Part shown: positions 57,330-64,000 of the stretch, piece after piece
Position numbering within the stretch: position 1 is the first letter of the stretch
How the letters are laid out: every line of letters begins with the position of its first letter
NCBI GenBank assembly: GCA_046563655.1
Contig: CM102285.1
Span: forward strand, 8,246,001 to 8,310,000
From: Yuukianura sp. NJ FZ-2021
Lineage: Eukaryota
Direction: 5' to 3'
DNA: 64,000 nt
Made by a program: the position numbers and the translations under genes
Notes under the pieces: model-generated
Told to the model about the DNA's origin: nothing
What the model saw: the letters and a program-made list of their open reading frames with translations, nothing else
Database searches by the model: none

Positions 57330-58025
57330 AAGTCCTCTTCGTGCTTTTGGTGACTTCAAGCAACTAGTCTTTTAGACGTATCTCGCCGCGTGTCCATACT
57401 TGTTGGTCTTCTCTTATCTTGGTGGCAGTGGCAGTGCAGTTGCCAGTTTCCGTTCTGGAAATAAAGTCTGCAAAGTTTGTGCAACAAAACATGTTCAAAA
57501 GTTCACAACAGGAGACAATCGAAGGTAGTACTACAACATAACACCTAAAGTGAATTTGTTGGAACAGTAGAAAAGACGCATTCTCAATTTGTAATTGTAC
57601 ATAATTTGTTCAATTCATTTACCATTTACACTCCATTTAATTGTAAAACTTCAGTAATCATATGCATAATATTACATTTATTTGTTGCACGCCAACTCTG
57701 CTTTCTGAAAAAGTACATTAGTAATTAAAATTAAGCATTGTTGCAAAAATCACATAAATAAAGAAGAACATTTTTCAAAAAAATAATAATAATAACAGAT
57801 AATGTTGATCCTCGTCTTAAAAATATTGCGATAATCCGAGTTTCTGTTTCACGAAAAATTCGTAAATCTGATCAGTGAGAGTAGTTCTCGGTTCTCACGA
57901 TCACGATTTGTACGGGCTGATATAAAGTTAGACTAGAGAGTCCAAGCGAAAAGATACTAGCTGCGCGCAGAGCAGTATTTCGGTTACATTAATAATATTG
58001 ATCGTGAAAAATATTAACTTATTAA

Positions 58026-60302
58026 TTAATCATCTTTTTTCAAAAGAAATGGGACGACGAGGTTGAGAAACTCGTTCGTATATCGAAGATGTAGGTTGTG
58101 CTTTCCATCGGGAAATATTTTGAACCTAGAATTAGAAAGCATGCAACTCTCCGTTATCAATAATTCACAATTTTTCATTTCCCGACAAACCTACCGATGT
58201 GAATACTATTGAAATATGGAGGGATTCTGGTGGCTAAATTATTTTAAAGTTTCCCGCGTTAAAACATGTTCCGCCAATTAAAAACTAACGTTTTCGCGTA
58301 TTACTTTAATGCGCGAAAACTTTTTTTAATTGCAGTAATTTTAAATTGCAGAAAAATTTTAAACGGGAAAAAGTCTAAGCGTACGTTAACGGAACGTACG
58401 CTTAGGAAACGTACGCTTAGGGAACGTACGCTTAGAAAACTTACGCTTAGAATGCATGTCCAATAGAAATCACATTACCAGAACTGATCAGAATTAGTAT
58501 TCTGTAAATTATTATTTATTGTCTATTATTATTTATTACCTATTGTAAACTATAAAACACTTCATTTCTCATATGCTTTGTAAGGTTTTCAAAAATGTGT
58601 AGCCCCATACAGTGTTGCTGGATATCCAGTTTTTTGACATTGCGTCCACGGCTGGATATCCACAGGAAGAAATGGACGAATCCAGAGGGGTGGAGCTTTG
58701 CCCGCGGGGTTTGAAATACTTAAATCCAAAAAACTTAAGGAATTCAAAATACCGTACAAAAACCAAGGAAATGTCGTTTTTGTAAGAGTTTTAAATAAAT
58801 GCTTAATTTTAGCAATAAAAGAAACCTTTTTAAAATAAAATAAAAGAAAAAGATCCAATAACAATAAATAATAATTTACAGAATACTAATTCTGATCAGT
58901 TCTGGTAATGTGATTTCTATTGGACATGCATTCTAAGCGTACGTTTCCTAAGCGTACGTTCCGTTAACGTACGCTTAGACTTTTTCCCGTTTAAAATTTT
59001 TCTGCAATTTAAAATTACTGCAATTAAAAAAAGTTTTCGCGTATTAAAGTAATACGCGAAAACGTTAGTTTTTAATTGGCGGAACATGTTTTAACGCGCG
59101 AAACTTTAAAATAATTTTGACACCGAACTCCCTCCATATTGAAATACTTACGTTGAATTTTTGATATGATGATGTAGGAACTCAGCATGGTCAACTCCAA
59201 GAACTGGATCTTGTTCACCGTGGATGACCAAAGCAGGACAAGTGACACGGGTCAAGGCCTTCTTGAAGTCCAAGTCAAGCTTGTCCTTCTGATAATTTTC
59301 AACAGAGGTGCCCCATTCCTTGAGCATCTTCGCCAAATACTCCTCTCCGTACAAATCCACCATCGGGGCTTTCATCTTGTCTGACCAATTGTCCAAATCT
59401 CCCATCACTGCAAATGAGGAAAACAATATTATATATCAAATTAAATTAAATTAATTATAACTTACTTTTGCTAAAAAGAACTGCTCGGTCATCAGCAAAA
59501 GCGTGGGCTCCCCAAGTCACAAGTTTGGTAACCCCTGTAGGACAAAATTCACCAGCGAGGAATCCTCCTGTGATGCCTCCATTGCTCCATCCTAAGACGC
59601 CATATTTGTGGAATCCTAGTTTCTGCAAAGCAGTAACCCAAATTAAATAGTCGTGGTGAAAACAATCTAACTATAAATCTGTCAAAATTAGGGTGATTTG
59701 GTATTAATTTAAACTTACTTCCATCAATTTCGAAACAACTTCGGCATCTCGACGGTAAAAGTCACCCGCAAAGTTTCTGTCTGGTGGTCGACTGTATCCG
59801 TATCCTGAATTTTTAATACAGCAGTAATTTAATGTTCTTCCACGGAAGACAAATTTTGAAAGCAACTTTTGAAATGAATTTTTTGAGGTTTGCCGTACCT
59901 GGTGGATCCCAACAAACCACAGTGAATTCCTTGGTTCTGGTCAACGGAGTCAGGATTGGGCCAAAGTCTGTTTCAATACTTCCTATAAAAATGCAAAACA
60001 TTGGTCAAACTAAATGTAACCTAACTTAAATGCTTTTTACGGAAGGAAATTAAAACTTTACCGATAATACCAGGGAGGCAAAGTACTGTATTTGGTCCAT
60101 TTCCCACAATTTTGTAGTGGATTTGCAGATCATCCACTTGTAACTTGGCAGTGATCTCTTCGGTAGCTGTAGCTGTCCTGGGAAAGGGGTTAGCCGATAG
60201 CGAACGCCGTGGTAAACAAAACAGTTGATGAACTTTGGCCCCAGTTTTTTGGTTTACATTCCAGTAAGTCCAGAGTCGATTGAAACCAATCGGAGGCTTC
60301 AT
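58026..60302 (-). CDS. BPHL: BPHL-like alpha/beta hydrolase, copy 4 (307 aa; GWSNGG)
   Basis: Exons 60062-60302, 59899-59982, 59719-59804, 59466-59622, 59152-59407, 58026-58125. Motifs LCLPGIIGSIETDFGP, WDPPGYGYSRPPDRNF, GWSNGG, CPALVIHGEQDPVL, FPDGKHNLHLRY. Confidence 0.9.
58217..59136. mobile_element. Foldback/Mutator-like non-autonomous element (920 bp) with long TIRs and a 10-bp TSD
   Basis: TIRs 58217-58522 and 58861-59136 are nearly identical. The 30-bp length difference equals two extra copies of a 15-bp unit (aacgtacgcttagga) in the left arm. Direct repeat tattgaaata at 58207-58216 and 59137-59146. Confidence 0.88.
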
Positions 60303-61056
60303 TGCGTGTGATATTGTCAGAGGAAAGCTCCTTTCACTTCTGGCATAAGAAGCAACAGCTTTCACCGGCACTTGAATCTGAATCCAGCAAGATGTGCTCG
60401 GACTTGGACTTTGGTTAAAGTTAGGCTTGAGAAAGACCAAGGCAAGCGAATTTTACCCTATGCTTATAAGTGGATGGCAAGCAACACCCGATCGATAAAT
60501 AACACTAGGAAGCAAACACGAAACTATAAGTGGGGGTTTGTCATGTTGCTTGATTATAGTAAGTTAGCATGGGGTTAGGACAAGAATATTCCAATTGCAG
60601 GAACCAAAGTAATTTTTAAAAAAAAACCTAAAAAATGCATGAGCACTTTACTTTCTCTTCATACTATACGAAATCGTGAATATTGGTTGTCGAATATCTT
60701 AAACCTGACGTGAAAACATGACACGTTCCTCAAAATAAGAAAAACTACACGCAAGTATGATATATTCCTAAGAAAAATGCACACACCATCATCTCTATCC
60801 TCATGCATCCTGAAGTAGTACAAAGAAACTTTAGTTAAAAAAGCGTCAGTAAAATTTAAACTGTAAACGGAATGCTGCATCCTGATTTTCGGGATTTTTG
60901 AGCTGGATTATGTTGACCTTGGTTTCAGACCGTGCTTAAGATATTAAGAAGTGATGGATGGAAAACGGCATTGAATTTTACTTAACCTTCAAGATACTGC
61001 TACTCACCTTAGATCTAACTTCTTCAGTGTATGTTAAAGTATTTACAGATGATTTC

Positions 61057-62457
61057 TTAGATTGAGCTTGACAGTGTGTCCTTGTAATAGTCATCTATGA
61101 ATTTGTCCTTTGGCTTTAAGATGCACTTGTCTCGCAAGTTGACAACCCATCCAGGAGAAAGTCCATAAAATATTTGCCTTGGATCCTTCCTTTCCAGCAG
61201 CAGTTCTCGTTGTGGATCAGTTGCCAAATCAGGGAGAATGTAGCCGTACTTCTGTGCTAGGATCAATCTTTCTTCTGCAATTAAATCCGGATCAGCTAAG
61301 TACCCACGGAACTTAGGATCCGAGTAATATTCGACAGCATCTTCTGGTGGCAGCATTCGTTTGGGAATAGGAACACCTTTTGAAAAGAACTGAATTGGAT
61401 CTCGGGCTGTGATTAGGCTGTCCATGTCATAGTATGCTGTTGTGATGGTTCCGCCATTCTTCTCCACCGCTGCAATAACAGCCTCCGTTGTCCATTGGAC
61501 TTCGATGTTCACTTTAGCAGAGAATTGGTCAAGGCCCTGTTGGTTCGAAGGTATAATATACACGCCAGGATTTTAACAAATCAAAACACTTCAAGTTGTT
61601 TGAGTCTGCAATTTGTGTGAGAACTTTTACCTCGTCAGTTAAATTGAATCCGAAGTGACGCTTGAATGGATCAAAAATGCAGACTTTGGTGTTGCTGAGG
61701 GCCACTATGTCAATGGGATCGTTGGGATTTAGCCGATTTGTGTCAATGAGGCTCTGTAGTTTTAATAGACTTAGATGTGGATATTGTCTCCGCAAACTAA
61801 AAGAAAAAACAAAAAATTCAGCATAACAGTACTGCCGGAAGCCGCACGTATCATATTCATTTGATATTGAAATTGAAGAATCTCTTCATTTGAAAATGAA
61901 GAGATTCTTACCTATGATCCTTGTAGTAGTGTTCAACTGGTATTCGCAAGTAAAATGGCGTTCTGCGGGCTCCTTCGTAACCAAGTTTTCCAAAATTCAT
62001 TCGTTGCATTCCTCCCTTGTGAGGATAACCGTGAAGCTTACCGCCATGTTGACCTCGACCAAGCGTTTTCTGCAAGCAAAAATCAAATAATTGTATTCAA
62101 ATATTAGTAGAACAACGAAGGACAAACATAAACAAATGAATATGACTATAAAAAATTAGAATTGAAAAAGTTTCCAAATTCCTCTTCACTCAACCCGCTC
62201 AACCGTCTCTTTTTATTTCCTACAGGGTATGAAGTTTTTTTTAAATAAAACTCAAACCAACTTAAGCTTGGTTATTTGATTCTGTACATCCTCTGAAGAA
62301 CCTAAATATAATACAAGATGGGATCGAAATTCCTGAATATGGTCTTAATTTTACTAACCGGACGTCGTTCCTCTCTGCCTTTGAGGTTACCCAGTGCAAT
62401 TCGAGGTAATGTTCTTATTAGGGCGAGAGCTTTGTCAGCACCAGATCGTAGAGCCAT
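61057..62457 (-). CDS. MRPL15: Mitochondrial ribosomal protein L15 (uL15m), 300 aa
   Basis: Exons 62359-62457, 61912-62069, 61631-61796, 61057-61536: [25 protein letters not shown]...[28 protein letters not shown]...[89 protein letters not shown]. Confidence 0.95.
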
Positions 62458-64000
62458 TTGTAAAAGGAAATTGGTTTTATGCAGAAAAGTCCTGTAATGT
62501 TTGGATGTCGGATTACAACCTTAAATTAAAACCGAAATCAACTTTAGTACCACAAGCATGAAAGAAAAGACAAAAGCAAAAGTAAGAAATGTATTGCATT
62601 TACCGTATACAACACAGTACACCGTCGAGCGTCGTACAACACAAACACAACAGTATACAGTGACAGTACTGGTTGGTTGTTTACACCAACCAGCTAACCC
62701 GGAACAGGAATAATCCCACACAAAACAAAAACCGAATTTTAAAAATTTAACATAATCAACCAAGATCAAACCCACTAATTAAATCGTCTCCAAAGTTAGC
62801 GAAATTAAAGAAACACCTATAAAGAAAAAATAACAACACTGTGTACTAAGGACACAAACAAACAACCGGGTAAACATACGGATTAACTACTGTCATTGTA
62901 GCCTCACAGTGTAGCTGTAGCCACTCCGGTCATCTTATGTGTCTGCAACAGCCGGCTACACCTGAATTACAACTGTAGTAACCAATTAGCCATTCTAACT
63001 TAATCTAAAGTCGCAAAATAAGTTGCCACCACGTGGAACCGCCAATCGTAGGAGGCATTAAATGGCGGAGCAGCTATACAGGTGACTTTTAATGCTCGTT
63101 AAATCTTACGCCAACCAAAAATTGCATGATTACGTTCAAATTACTGTATTCGCGGCAAACTAATTTTGACCTCGCGTCTCACTCTTGATTTTCGTATCAC
63201 ACTAAATCATAAACAGTTTTAACGCACCAACCATTTTGCACAAGGTGCTGGTTCTAATCATGCTGACTCTGATAACTCAAAGGAATTCTTAAATTAAAAT
63301 AAATTAAATTAAATTAAAAAGTGCAACGTCTTGGTGTTTGTGTTTGCTAAATTGGCAGCAACAACGTCGATTTACTAATCTAATCAGGGAATGCTATAAG
63401 CGATGACCGTAGACGAATAGACAAGAGACAAGCCAGCACATTTGCAACATTAGTGTGTAGGCGAGGGGCGGGGTTACAAAAGTACTGTACTTGTAGGTAG
63501 CACTAAGTTTGATCCTCACATGGAATTGGTGGATTTTGAATGGCGCTAAGTTCATAGTCCTTCCACTCCTCCCCTTCCTACGTTCAGGCCTGGATCTGGA
63601 AGTCGTGCAAAATAAAACAAGATACGATTACCGTTATAACAGTTAAACACTAACAAACAATCATAAGTATAGCATGTCCCTATAATCGATTTATCACTTA
63701 CTGCCACCATCACACGCTTTCTTTATCATCATTTCTACTTCACTTGACGTTGAGTTGACAGCCACTTCCATTCACTTTTCACCTTGTCATGCCGCTCTAA
63801 TTTTTAGCAACCGCTTATCGATTTTGCAATCTTTCGCCCTTTTACAGCCGAGTGAATAGGATCGACGCGTTTTTTACTCACTCTTCCTCTTCGTACAGTC
63901 AGTCACAGTCACAGTCAGTGTTCAAGCGAGTGAACAAAACGCTGGTCCTCAAGGACACGTTGCTCCATCGAACAGGTCGTTTGTTTCAGTTTACTCCAAC

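Noticed and set aside
63680..63930. DRE-like ATCGAT words and (CAGTCA)n / TCAGT suggesting a promoter at the right edge
   Set aside because: Short motifs occur often by chance, and there is no downstream gene in the window to anchor the call.

Overview
AT-rich, gene-dense animal genomic DNA with short GT-AG introns, most consistent with an arthropod. A springtail-like hexapod is an inference, not something the sequence shows. Hand-spliced genes from left to right: the 5' coding part of an unidentified minus-strand gene; VPS28 (-); FKBP12 (+); TMEM68-like acyltransferase (-); a large ARHGEF10-type RhoGEF (-); two tandem beta-tubulins (+) with patchy gene-conversion tracts; a 12-exon, 677-aa receptor tyrosine kinase (+); four tandem BPHL/valacyclovir-hydrolase-like alpha/beta-hydrolases (-) with diversified nucleophile elbows, one with Cys in place of Ser; and MRPL15 (-). 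Several non-autonomous DNA transposons (MITEs) with clear terminal inverted repeats (TIRs) and target-site duplications (TSDs) lie in introns and spacers, including a nested set around an 11-bp minisatellite. The standout is the receptor kinase. Its architecture is signal peptide, c-type lysozyme domain lacking the catalytic Glu, Ig domain, TM helix and a non-RD (HGD) PVR-like kinase. That makes it a candidate glycan/peptidoglycan-sensing 'lysozyme receptor kinase'. All gene models were derived by eye from splice signals and reading-frame continuity; no database search was run.
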